Shown: positions 47,157 to 59,056 of the stretch, in pieces
Position numbering within the stretch: the first letter of the stretch is position 1
Layout of the letters: the number at the start of each line of letters is the position of its first letter
DNA from: Neodothiora populina
Lineage: Eukaryota
Assembly: GCF_041146345.1 (NCBI RefSeq)
Contig: NW_027191411.1
Span: forward strand, 558,001 to 622,000
DNA length: 64,000 nucleotides
Direction: 5' to 3'
Notes under the pieces: model-generated
What the model was told of the DNA's origin: nothing
The model's input: only the letters and a program-made list of their open reading frames with translations
Databases searched by the model: none
Program-made: the position numbers and the translations under genes

Positions 47157-50100
47157 ACGATATCGTGAGACCTTTTTCCGTTCAAGGCGATTGGTACTAA
47201 ACATATAGCGTAGTATCATACTGTATTCTATTTGAGAACAATGCACGTTCTAGCGTGCCTCTTTCGCTTGCCGTCTCCCTGTTGAGTAGACTAAAAGTGC
47301 CATGGGGAAAAGATGGAGGATGCTAACTGAACTAGTGTCCGTTGCGCTGCCATGGGAAAGGTACATACAGTACTTGTACATTCGGATCGCACCAGCATCG
47401 ACCTTTCATTTTTTGTTCACGACGACAAATGCCAATTCCTACTTTATTTTCGCGTCTTGGTATCGCAGGTACAAGTACAGTACCTTACTATTCCCTCAGC
47501 CAAGACCGCCGGTTCACGGTTACGATACATCCATCATTTCCGTACTCCTAAAGCTAGTCGTTTTACTCTTCGTCCGTGTCATCAGCGATCCAACCTTTCG
47601 TCAGTCCGCCGTTGTGCAAGCGTCGTGTACTTCCGTTTTGGCGCTCGAGGTGCGAGCCCGGCGCCGTGGCACAAAAACCTAAGTTGCCCTCTCCAACACC
47701 AGTGCTACTGTACATAAATAAAACAAGTGCGATATCATTGGACCCTATTTCCTTATCCTTTGAGGCAGCTTTGCGTCATGGACTTAGCCCCGAACCTGCC
47801 CGAATTTCATGCTCCAGCTGTCAATGTTAAGAGGATATACAGTACCTGTTCTGCACCAGGATCGGTCAACTCTTTGTGTGCCATAGCCCCCCGCTCTAAC
47901 TTTCCTCTTATCGTGATATTAATTGTTTTCATCTGCAACGACATTTGACTCTAACAGATCTGTCGACCGTTGATGGCAGTATATCCCACGCTCCCCGGAC
48001 TCGCTATGTGTCATAGAGCACATCAGACAGGTTCTAGATTGAGCTGTGCATATCGAGCCTGCACATCATCGGAACGCGACCCTTGTTACAGTATGGCACT
48101 TCCACCTGATGCTGACATGGGGGTTTTCCGAACATCCATCTGTGCCGGACACGCTTGGCTGCTCTGAAAATCATCACAGGGAAGTGATTGGCTACCTCAT
48201 CGAATTAATTACGGGAATCTCTTGCTTGTGATAACTTGACTTCATTCTGGAGACATCAGGGCTGGCGGTGACACCACGAACCTTTAATACACCAGGATCT
48301 AGATTCATCTGGCCGTGAAACGATCTCCAAAATCGGGTGACATGACTCGTTGGTTTCGTACTTGTAACGAATTTCGATGGATCTACCCCTGCTATTGGCA
48401 GCTTGCGTTGCTGCCTAGCACGCTCAGGCTGGGAAAACCGAGACTATGATTGTGCTAAGGCAGACGCGAACAACGCAGTGGCACCACCCTGACAGCAACT
48501 CGTATGCCTGGATCGAAAACATCCCCCTTGGCGAGAGGGGCTCTTACAACATGACAATGACTCTTTCAACACATACCAGTGGGGTACCTTTGCTGTGCTG
48601 TACTATAGCTCCAAACATTGGAACGCTGAGAAAACAGGTTGAGAACGACCGTGCTGTCTGCTATGGGATCTTGTGAGATGAGATCCTCATTTCTGGAAGC
48701 ATGGGATGGACACGAAGGCGATCAAGGCGTCAATCTTTGCCTTGGTTCCCCGTGTCTTCTTATGCATCAACTTGGTACCATGACGGTAATAACGACGACG
48801 ACGAGCGAGAATCATCATTCCACTGCCGGACCCGTGACTTCAATTGGCTGCATCATGTTGCAACCGCTCCAAACGCTTAACCCCCGTTACTGTCTAGGAA
48901 ATCTCAAACAAGACCGTAGTCTTATCACCAATACACACAATGTCTTAATTAGACAGTTGACGGATGTATTGCAGCCTATCACTTCTGCGATACTACAGGT
49001 TTCTTGGCTCGGGCGAAGTCCCGACTCAACGTCAGACGAATCTTGACAGAATCGGGTCCCAATTTCATGATCAAGTTCCGCATGGAGAGCAGGATTGCAC
49101 TACTGTACGACATGTTTCTACTGAGTGGTACGAGCACATACATACAGCTGCAACGGAGCTGTCACTTCAGGGAAAACGCTAGATATAAGTACAGCATCAA
49201 TGCAAGACAAATAACTGTCGGACGGTTCCAACCTTGAAGCCGGGCATGTCTCGTAAATGTGCCGGACACAGAAGCGAGTGTCAAACGTTGTAGTCTTCTC
49301 GTTGTGGTAGAGAATATCAAACACATGTCTAAAGATCATCGAAAGGATATGCCTCACGGGCACGCCGATCACCATGCACGGCCGTTGTCGTCCCCAGGCG
49401 GAATTTCACAGAAAATATGGAGGAGGATTGTGGGACTACCCAAATGAGAATAGCAGTGCAGTACTCCGTGCCGAAGACATGCCGGACTATGGCGGCGTTA
49501 CGGTCGAACAGTACAGTACTCCGTGCCCTCTATTTTAGACGAACGATCCGTGCCTAGCGCACATTAAGGCTTCATAAGGCTATTAGAAGCTCGTGTGATT
49601 GCGGAATGGCGGCGAATGCACAGGTAAGGCATTCTGTGGTTTCCTCAACGCACAGTCAGTCGGGACGGAGTGTTCGGATCGGATCTGAGTGATCGAGGGT
49701 ACTCGCCAATTCCTGCGTCCTCCACATGAGAGCTGTGCTTATGAACCATGATAGAGTTCGAAAGAAAACAAGCCTCTCGCGTGCGCCACCCATGGAGAAG
49801 GAAAGCCAATCGCCAGAATCGCTGTCAAATATAGATGGGCGGGCCTCCAGTTTGCCTACAGTACCTGTTTTTTTTTCTTTCAAAGCTGGATCTGATACCA
49901 CGTTGTGGCTTTCTATCAGTTACACGCTGATTCACACCTCACCGTGCCAGCGCGGTGTGTTAAATGCTCTCGTGGGTAGATCGATGATCCAGTGCAGATG
50001 CATGACATCAGAACGTCTGCGCTCTCCTGAGCCACGACGACTCGGTCCTTGTTGTGTGTGCAGCTATCTACCTGTGCTACATAGGGGACAATGATTTCGT

Positions 50101-50782
50101 TCGGCCGCATGGCATTGCTTTAGGGGGGGGCACAGACGAGGCGCAGCTCTGCGATGGAACTTTCCAAAGCCAACCGTTGCTGTAGCGCGTCATATACTTT
50201 GTTAAGTCGCATATCTCATGTCATTTGCTTGAGTAGGCTTTTGACAGCTATACGAATTCTCCTGTTTATACTTTATTCACAAAGCTTGAATATGCACTCG
50301 CGGCCGTTCTTGGCTGATGTATATCACGTTTTCTTGCAGATACCTACTGTACCTTATCTCTGAAGTCCATTACCATTCCATGGTGTGCTCGAGCGGAGGT
50401 CTCGCAGGGCTCAATACTATCTGTCCTGTTAGAACATATCCGAAAGTCAAAATCTCTGTCAATGTACATGAAGCCAAGTAAGTGATGCGAATCTGTCGAG
50501 ATTACTGTGCATTTCAGAGCGCTTTGCGAATGAAAAACAAGTCACTTGGGAGAACAATGTGGCATTTCCAGAGTAGCGTTGTACAGTAGACTCTCCTTTT
50601 GATCACGTCATGTCGAGATCTCCATCGAGCTCGCGCACAAGCAGTGTGTGGATCCTACTAGCATGAATAAAGCGAAGCTGGTGTTTCGCCACGGATCACA
50701 TTGACGGATATGGAAATTAGTTCGGGCGTAAGTCTAGCTAAGCACAAACAGCCGCGGTAATGAACTTGTCGTGCGTCGCTAC

Positions 50783-51853
50783 TCAGCACTTCCATCCCTG
50801 GTAAACAATCTTCGATCCCCAGAGCTGGCCCTTCTTCAACAGAACCATTGGTCTCCACTTCTCTTCGTTGACAGCATTGATGTATCGTGATGGCTCGACG
50901 CATAACCCACTGCGGGCTCCTCGATCAGGTGTGCCTTCTGTGGCCGGAATGTCGATATACTTACCGGTGTAGAACTGGAAGGCAGGCTCCGTGCTCAAGA
51001 CCTCGAAATGCAGACGAGTGTTAGGGTGATAGAGAGAGACTAGCTTACGCGGCGACTCCGTTCGAGTGTCCAACGACACGCTCGAAGGGTCCGAGTTCAT
51101 GATGAAGCAGTGATCGATGTCGGGTTCCTTTTCACCGAGCACGAACGACTGGCCTGCCTTGACACCTGGGAATTTCTTGATATCCCCTGTCGGGATGTCC
51201 AAGTCATCGACCACTTGGTAGTCATCTGTCTCGAGCACGACTTCGGTGCCAGCAATCGTCGAGCCATCGGAGATGTTAAAGTAGCTGAAGGCGAAAATCA
51301 TCAGTCGACTGATGTGATGATGGGATCACGATGATGTGGATTCGAGAAAATCATACCTGTGGTTCGTCATGGCAACGACGGTCTCATCGACTTCATTGCC
51401 GACGAGTTCGACCTCGTACTCTATCTCAAGTTGTGTCTTCTTGATTCCTTGATCCTCGACGTGCCCCGCCGTGTACCAGACCCTGACCTCCACCGTGCCT
51501 GGGTATCCCTCCTCTCCGTCCTTGCTCAAGTATGTAAATAAGACTGCCTCTTTCCCATTTCGATTGACCGGCGTCGGCCCTTCGAAGGTCTGCTTGCCCC
51601 ATCCTTTGGGCCCGCCATGGAGAGCGTTGGGTCCATTATTGGCAGCAAGTCTGTAAGACGTTCCGTTCAAGCTGTTGATCTTCGCGCCAGAGATGCGGTT
51701 GGCAACTCGGCCGATTGTTTCGCCAAAGAAGGCGCTATTGAGATCTTGATATGGCCCGGGAATAGTGAATCCTTGCACAATGTTCTGCCCAGCTATGCGC
51801 ACCTCTTGGATGATAGCACCTTGCGGCAGGAACGAGAACTCGTCCTGACTCAT
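50783..51853 (-). CDS. galM: Aldose 1-epimerase (galactose mutarotase); intron 51285-51356
   Basis: FGETIGRVANRI, NALHGG, DGEEGYPG, TNHS|YFN across the intron, IDHCF, STEPAFQFYTG, GLCVEP. Confidence 0.94.
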
Positions 51854-53607
51854 ATTTGTCGAATGATAGACTTGGTAAGAGATTCGCAGAAAATTTGCGC
51901 GCTGCCTTGCTTCAATCTATTTTGTTCGCGATCAGAAAACCTATTTATCCATCTTGCTATAAGGGCAGCACCGCATGAAGTACTGTATGCTGCACGAGCT
52001 CGACCGTCATAGAGTGGGGATGAGGGGCCAATCAGCCTGAATGGCTCCACCGCTTCAGGCAGAACAGCAATTGCATTACAGCATCTTTCGGTCGAATGAT
52101 TGTTAGGCCATACATAAAACGCAATGTGCAAATATCTAGGCGATACAGCTCTTGCCTGGTCTCCTCGACACGACGTCGAAATATCATTTTTGATCCACAA
52201 GAGGATCCATAAGCATTGGCAGTTGGGGATCGTCGGGTCGATTCTGACCCTTCGCAAGCCTCGCCGAAAAGCGTTCAACTTGTTCAGCTTCGCAGCAGCC
52301 TTACAGCTTTACCCCTGGAGAGACTTATCATTGGAGCATCTCCGGTAGGTAAAGCGAGCCCCACAACCGCTGAAAGATTTGAATGCCGGCCGCGCAAGCT
52401 TGACCTCTGTTCATCATGATTGTCGTATTCCTTGATACGACTGTTGTCCGTTCTGAGAACAGAAAAAGGAGATAGGGCACCGGATCGTGACGGTGTCAAG
52501 GGATAGCATCAACGGGTAGCAGGGACGATGATGAAATGAGGAACAGATAGGTACCTAATTGAGAGACGTCAAATGTACCACATCGAGTAACAGCAAAAAA
52601 GAGAAAGACAAGAAGCGGACTCGGAACGAGCTTTTGGGTGTTTTACCAACCACGGGGTAAGGCAGGATGACAGACGATCTGCACTTAGATGCGCGAAAGA
52701 TTGCTTGGCTGGGCGATATGGCCGTTAATCATTCCATGTGGTTCCAGGTCACACCCTATCGGAACTGGACCTGCATTCAATCCTTCAGCTGCACTACCGG
52801 CATCAAGACTGCCCTGTTACCTCGAAAGTATTACCTGTAAGGCTCGCTTGGATTGGGGCGTGAAGGACAGCCTAGATTCCTGCATTAACCAGAGATTCCC
52901 CACAAATCTGGACGTCGGTCGCGTCAATAGCGACATCCTGCGCTGTCCGCGAAGGGCATACGGTAGGAGATAAGCGCGCTTGTCCGAGAATGGTCAACCG
53001 ACGGTAATATGGTATACGAGACCAGATGTACTGCCGCCGCTTGACTGCATGCACTTATTGATAGCATGAGACGACCACAGCATCCTCCGATGGGCCGCAA
53101 GATCCGGATGAACTAGTTGAGATAGGACAATCGATGTCGACATGGACATACAAGCGAGACCTCTTACCGCAGCTTGGCGACCCGCATTGTTGACGGTACG
53201 AGAGCCTACTGTACATGAAAAGAAATTTCTAGTGCGGAATTAAGAATGATAGATTGAAGCCCCTAATTAAGTCCTATGCATGGAATTGTACCAGCCAACC
53301 TCCCAGCTCCATTCGCCTAACGCGCCGCAAGCCTATCTCCTACAGAGATCGCCAAGCTCCCATCACGCCTATTTTGTTCCTTCAATCTGGAGCGCTGAGT
53401 CCATCCGTGTGGCACGCGGCTCTTCCATGTTGTGGGTGCAAGGAGCCGACCAAGTACACTCCGCCCAAGCCTAGGGCATTGGTGTTTGTTGCCCTTGATG
53501 TACAGAACCCCTGCGAGGGCTTGCCAGGGTCTTGGAAATAAATGTGATCAAATGTTGTGCATGAATCGTAAAGTCAATAATCCCAATGTGGCTGTTGATT
53601 GCGATCA

Positions 53608-54662
53608 TTACGTCGAGATTTGAACGAACTTGCTGAAATCGACATCCACCGAATCACTCATCATCCAGTCCTGCGGGTTGTAAGGTCCGAAGTTTTGTGG
53701 CTGACTGCCGTATGGTTGGTCCAATGGTATCGTGCTACAGTCGACATCGACCATAGAGACGATCTGAGGCGAGAAGCTGTCCATCATCGTTTGCAATGTA
53801 TCGTGAACCACTGCATCGTTGACACTGAATTGGGGGTGAAGTACTCCGCCCCCAGGTGCAATTGTCATGTCTTGCCAGGCAGACGTCATGTATGAATCCT
53901 GGTTGGTCGATTCGATACTCAATGGTGATGGCCTTAATGATTGCTGCTGTGCTCGCACCATCTTTGGAGGTGGGCTCAACGTGATCGGTGATGGTGATGC
54001 TTTGAAGCTCCAACCGTCTTCGAATATCGGCTGAGCTCGGGATGTTACTGGTGTATCTTGTACACTAGCTCGTGAGGAAGTGGTAGTGCTCCGGTTACCA
54101 TGACTGTGCTCATGGTCTGACTCGGAACTGAGGGAACCCCGCCTAGCGGAGTAAGATGCGCCCGCAGAAATCATGCGTCGCTCGAGTGAGCGGCAGTCTT
54201 CTTCAAACCCCTCCATCTCGCCGCTGCCGTCTTGCTTCGGCTCCAGGAGATCTAGTCCCGCGAGAATATCGTGTGTTAGAGGTTGGCCATTGTGCTCCTC
54301 TAGCTTCGCTCCAGGCCACATGTCGGCGGCAACAAGTCGACGGTAAGTTTCTTGTAGACCAGCTACAAGCTGTGATTGTTGTTGCTCCAACATCTCGACG
54401 TATCTTGTCAAATATCAGCTGTGGTTACAAGTTGGAATAGCTTCTTCTTTGATACGTACCCTTTAGGATAGACTTTGTCGTGAGATCTCTTCCTCTCGCC
54501 AAAGACACATATAGCATTGTCGGCCTTACACCTTGAGCATGGTGAACTACCATCGCATTTTGATTTCTTTAATCGACATCTGTCACAAGCTTTGCCCACC
54601 CGTTTCCTGATGCTATCCGAGTCTGAAGAGGACGTCCTGTGAGGCATCGACATTTTAGGCAT
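53608..54662 (-). CDS. Zn2Cys6 transcription factor (short, Fcr1-like); intron 54404-54459
   Basis: RKRVGKACDRCRLKKSKCDGSSPCSRCKADNAICVF, then YPKG|YVEMLEQQQSQLVAGLQETYRRL and PLTHDILAGL. Confidence 0.93.
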
Positions 54663-57600
54663 CTAGCTGTCGAAGTAACAATTCCCAAGTCGGCATGTAA
54701 GTCTTGATCAGATGTATACTGTATGGGATACAGGCTCAAGAATAAAAACTCTATGTAAAAAGCTTGGTCGAGCCTGGCATACATATGTGGGAAAACGCTA
54801 AAGTTGACTGGGTGGACAAACGCATATATATGTAGCACCACGCGCAAGGAAGGGTGTGGCCGTTTGAGCATGATGACGCTATAAGAAACCATCAACAGAG
54901 CCACATGCTTGTACCCAAGATCTGGCCCTGGACCTGACTAACTATTGCAAGACTATGGTGCGTGAACGACCCGCGGAGGAGCGTTAGAGCTCTACCAATG
55001 CTGGGCCTAAAATTGGTCAGACCACGACGACAAGCTCGACGGTTGTTGGCGACGTCGTGTCGGGTTCGGAGCGCGGTGCTTTCGGATCCGAGAAAGCTAA
55101 ACTACACTACTGGAGCTAGGTACCGGTAGCGGCGCACGGTTTAAGCTTCTTTCCCAAAATCCGATCAAAGTTAAAAAGGTTTTCTCGTTGTTCTGCAGGG
55201 CATAATCCTGACGTTGGATCGGTCAACTCAGTCATTATGAACGTGTGACTAGCATAGTCACTCTCCTACTTGTGGATGTCTCAATGCCGGAAATGGTATC
55301 CGATGTTGGAGGTAGGTAGGGGTGCACCTGTACAGTACCGCACTGAAGGCAATCGTGGTTCCTTAGTGCGCAATCAAAGTACCAAGTTACTGCATCTACC
55401 TCAAGGATCGTTAGAGCTGTCCCTTACAGCTTACCAATTGAGGATGGACAACCAAAGCTGTGTTTTGCGTTTAATCACGTTCTTGGTCTCACTGGTCGAG
55501 TATATTCAAGGCATGCCGTAAATCTACCGTACGATCCGCTTATTGATTCATCATAACGGGTTTTCTGCAATAACCCTTGAACGCTGTAAAGAAAGTGAGA
55601 GAAGTGGCTGGCGACAACATGGCAATCGGTGATCGTTACCTACACACTTAAGCCCAAATCGCGACGTCGAGCAGCGCTTTTGAAGATATGGACGGTCGGA
55701 GCGTTCTGTTGCGGTACAGTATTGCGAGCGTCGCGCCCCCCATCCAAGCATCTTGCCCTCACTAAACCAGCGCTTATGCGACATGACCTTGGAAAAGATG
55801 ACTTGGCGCCTCGTGCATGAATCGTACTATCGCAAGAGTCCCAGATGAGGGCCTAAAAGATACGGCTAGTCTTACAATGTATCGAACGTGTGATGCTGAT
55901 GTACTTATTTTATAGTACTTTCAGCTATTGGGCGAGCCACGAGACGTTATTTCTACTGTACTGCACGATACAGTGCTGCATCACATGTACCTTAGTGTAT
56001 GGTCAAGTAGTACTGTACAGTACATGGTCATCCCAGCGTTTATCACAGCAGGAGACGAGCTTACAGTACTAGGCTGTCTTTCTGCTCACCTTAAGGACAG
56101 TTTATAAGGTACCCACTGTATGCACTCTACAAGAATACCATCGCACATGGAAACCCCGCAAAGCAGCTCCTCCTCGTGCACAGTACCGAGTCTCAGAGAT
56201 GGAACATACCCTGCTTCAAAAGTCCGGACGGATAGCGCGGCCTCTAAATCTTCCGCAACGTGCTCGAACACTGTCAAATAGATTGGTAGGACGCAAAGGA
56301 GCATGCGGTATGCGAAATACCGACCACTCGGCTCCATCAATATAACACATAGATCGATTGATTCGACCTCATGCTGCTTAGCTGAGCGAATGTACACAAA
56401 GCCACCATGTTGACATTCCCCATCTTAGAGGATCCTATCCGTGATTGTTGAGGACGTCGAGATCCCAATAACCAATATACAATAAGCGTAAGGCGCATGC
56501 AGATGTAAATCGTTGAGGGTCGTTTCATAGATATGAAGGTGCGCCAATATCGACCACATAGCTGCAGGACAGCCGCACACCATCAGAGCGGATTTTGGCC
56601 CGGACGGATTGGCCGCAGCACTCTCCTTATTCGCGGTTGAGTGTTAATCGATGCAGTAGATCGTATGCATCTGTCGCATGCAGTACGGGATTACGGAGTA
56701 CTGCAGTAATGTTTGAGTTCGGTAGTCTCCTTGTAGACACAATTTTGCAGATCTTCCTTCGGTACCACTAGCCTTCAACTCACAAGCCTTCCCCGTGTCC
56801 ACCCTGTCTCTGTCATGGTGAGGTCGTTATTGTTTCGTGCTGACCAGTATTGGCAATGACACTATTCCTATGTACATGAAGAAGCTATCTCAGCTTCGAA
56901 CCAAACTCCATCTTGGCCAACTCAGGGATCCATCACAGCGGAGTGGCTGATTGCTTCAGCTCTCTGCTCGCTGACTTGGCGATGGTTTACAGCTGCCTTG
57001 CATGAACGAGGACAGAACCTTGTCCGAACACACAACTGGATTTGGAAGTTATTGGCGAGGAACACCCTCAGAACAGTGTGACCACGTTAGGTAATTAGGG
57101 TCGATTACTCAACTACATCATATATTATTTCTAGCTTGCTTGACAGCTCATGAGATTCGTTGATCGCGCTCGATCTCGGACGAAACTCTAGGTAGGTCTT
57201 CATCAGACCAACAGAACTATGGACGATTTGCCGTAAGGGAGGAAGATAACGAGTCCCTCAGAGAAAGCAATGGCGCTTACCTTCCTCCACCAGGACCTCG
57301 AGGTAGGGCCGTCGACGCGCTAAGTAAAGCCCCAAGTATCTGACATCACTGCGAAGGAATGGACTGGTACCGCGACTTGTTGGAAAGCTTTTGGCTTTGA
57401 CAAGCGACAGCGGTACACCTACTCCATCGCGAGATGCACACGTAGGCTTACCTCACAGTGATGGGCGATTCTTTTGCCCTCGGCATGGTATAACCGTGTG
57501 TTCCTGCTGTAGTGCTCTCATCTCCGCTCTACAATACTTCTATGCCCGAGATCTACAAGTACCTCATGGCAGCAGCACTAGCATTACGGAAAGCGTCAGC

Positions 57601-59056
57601 GTAAGGTAAGGCAGTATTACTAGATCACATCTCAGAAGTCACATGGTATAGGGATCGACCACGGTCTGTAGACCTGGCTTAGTGCTCGTCTTATGGTCTA
57701 TCAGCATGGGTCACAGCCGATATGAGCTCCAATGTTAACAGTGCAACCTCGACCGGAAAGCGAATGCTATTCTTGACCTGCTAAAAATGAAGCATACGAC
57801 GATTGCGAAGGAGATTACATTGGGGACTTTCGGGCTCTGGAGTCATAGCTCAACATATGGGTGAGTGAAAAGCATCTTGTGTACTTCTGTACTATTACGA
57901 CCAAAAGAATATCCCTCTCGACACCGCCCTTGTGGTTCCCGCTGCGCCTGGAGGAGGTTCACTAAACTTTATCGCGAAAGTGGCTCACCATGCCTTCTGT
58001 TTCTTCGTACTTGTAGCCACATACGGTAAGCTGCAGCTCCTTCGGCCTTCCAACGTCCCTCATTGGACAGTACGGAGTCGAAGAAAAAAATGCTTACAGG
58101 TATTTTAAACATTGACTCTGCGGTAAGTTTCACATATGAAACAGCACTAGAAGGAGTTTACATACTGTAAGTTGCTTGGGAGTGTCTGTCTCCAGTCAGT
58201 AGTTTGGCGGGCCGATCAAGCATTTAACCCCCAAACCATGTGCAAGTTGCATATAACCCTGTTCGAAAAATGGCATCTTGATCGCTAACCTTCACGATAC
58301 TGAACCGTGGCTGGAGACGGTGTTCCTCCGGCGCCGCTGTAGCGGGGAAGTGGGAAACTTTATCACAATCGCAATGACATCGAAGAGCAACTAAAGCTCT
58401 TGCATACCAACTACCCATAGCTTGAATTGCATAAACGAGACGCCTCTGGTGGACCCATAAAGTCCAACGAGGCTGCACTTCTGTATGCGCATACAACTTG
58501 AGGCTCACTTGTTGCTCGATTGATCTACTTGACACACGCTCTTCCATTGGGCCAATGAGAAATGTAGCAGAGTTGCGACCAGATGTTACATCTGGATGGG
58601 AGCTCGGGGAGGGAAACCCTGGTCTGAATCTCGTGTCGTCTTGCATGCCTATCTTGGACCTTACACAAAACACATTCTGCTCCGGAAGCTGGCGATGTCA
58701 TTACTGCCGTTGCACCCTCGTCAAATCCTCCACTCTATGTCTTGAGAGTGTCGTGAAGATGGCGCTCCGAGGTAGACTCATCGTGGACCGGACGAGTTCT
58801 TGTTTACGCTACTATATGATGGCCCAGAAAAGCTTGAGTCCAGAGGCCATCATGACGAAGTGGCTCTAAGAATGCACGATTTTCATATGTCAACTATGAG
58901 AAATTATGTACTGTTATGAGAGATGTTCCAATAACGTCCTCACAAGCGAACAGCTCGTAGTGAATGGCGTACAGATGCTGTTTTTACACATGAAAAAACT
59001 TAATCACAAGCCCCAAGAAAAATAATGTGGAATGGACCACCGCCCGCCAGAACCCT

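Noticed and set aside
21309..54662. GH5, galM and Zn2Cys6 factor as a sugar-utilisation cluster
   Set aside because: They are separated by unrelated housekeeping genes, and no other Leloir-pathway genes are present.
57086..57101. TTAGG/TTAGGG as an interstitial telomere repeat
   Set aside because: Only one perfect unit; expected by chance.
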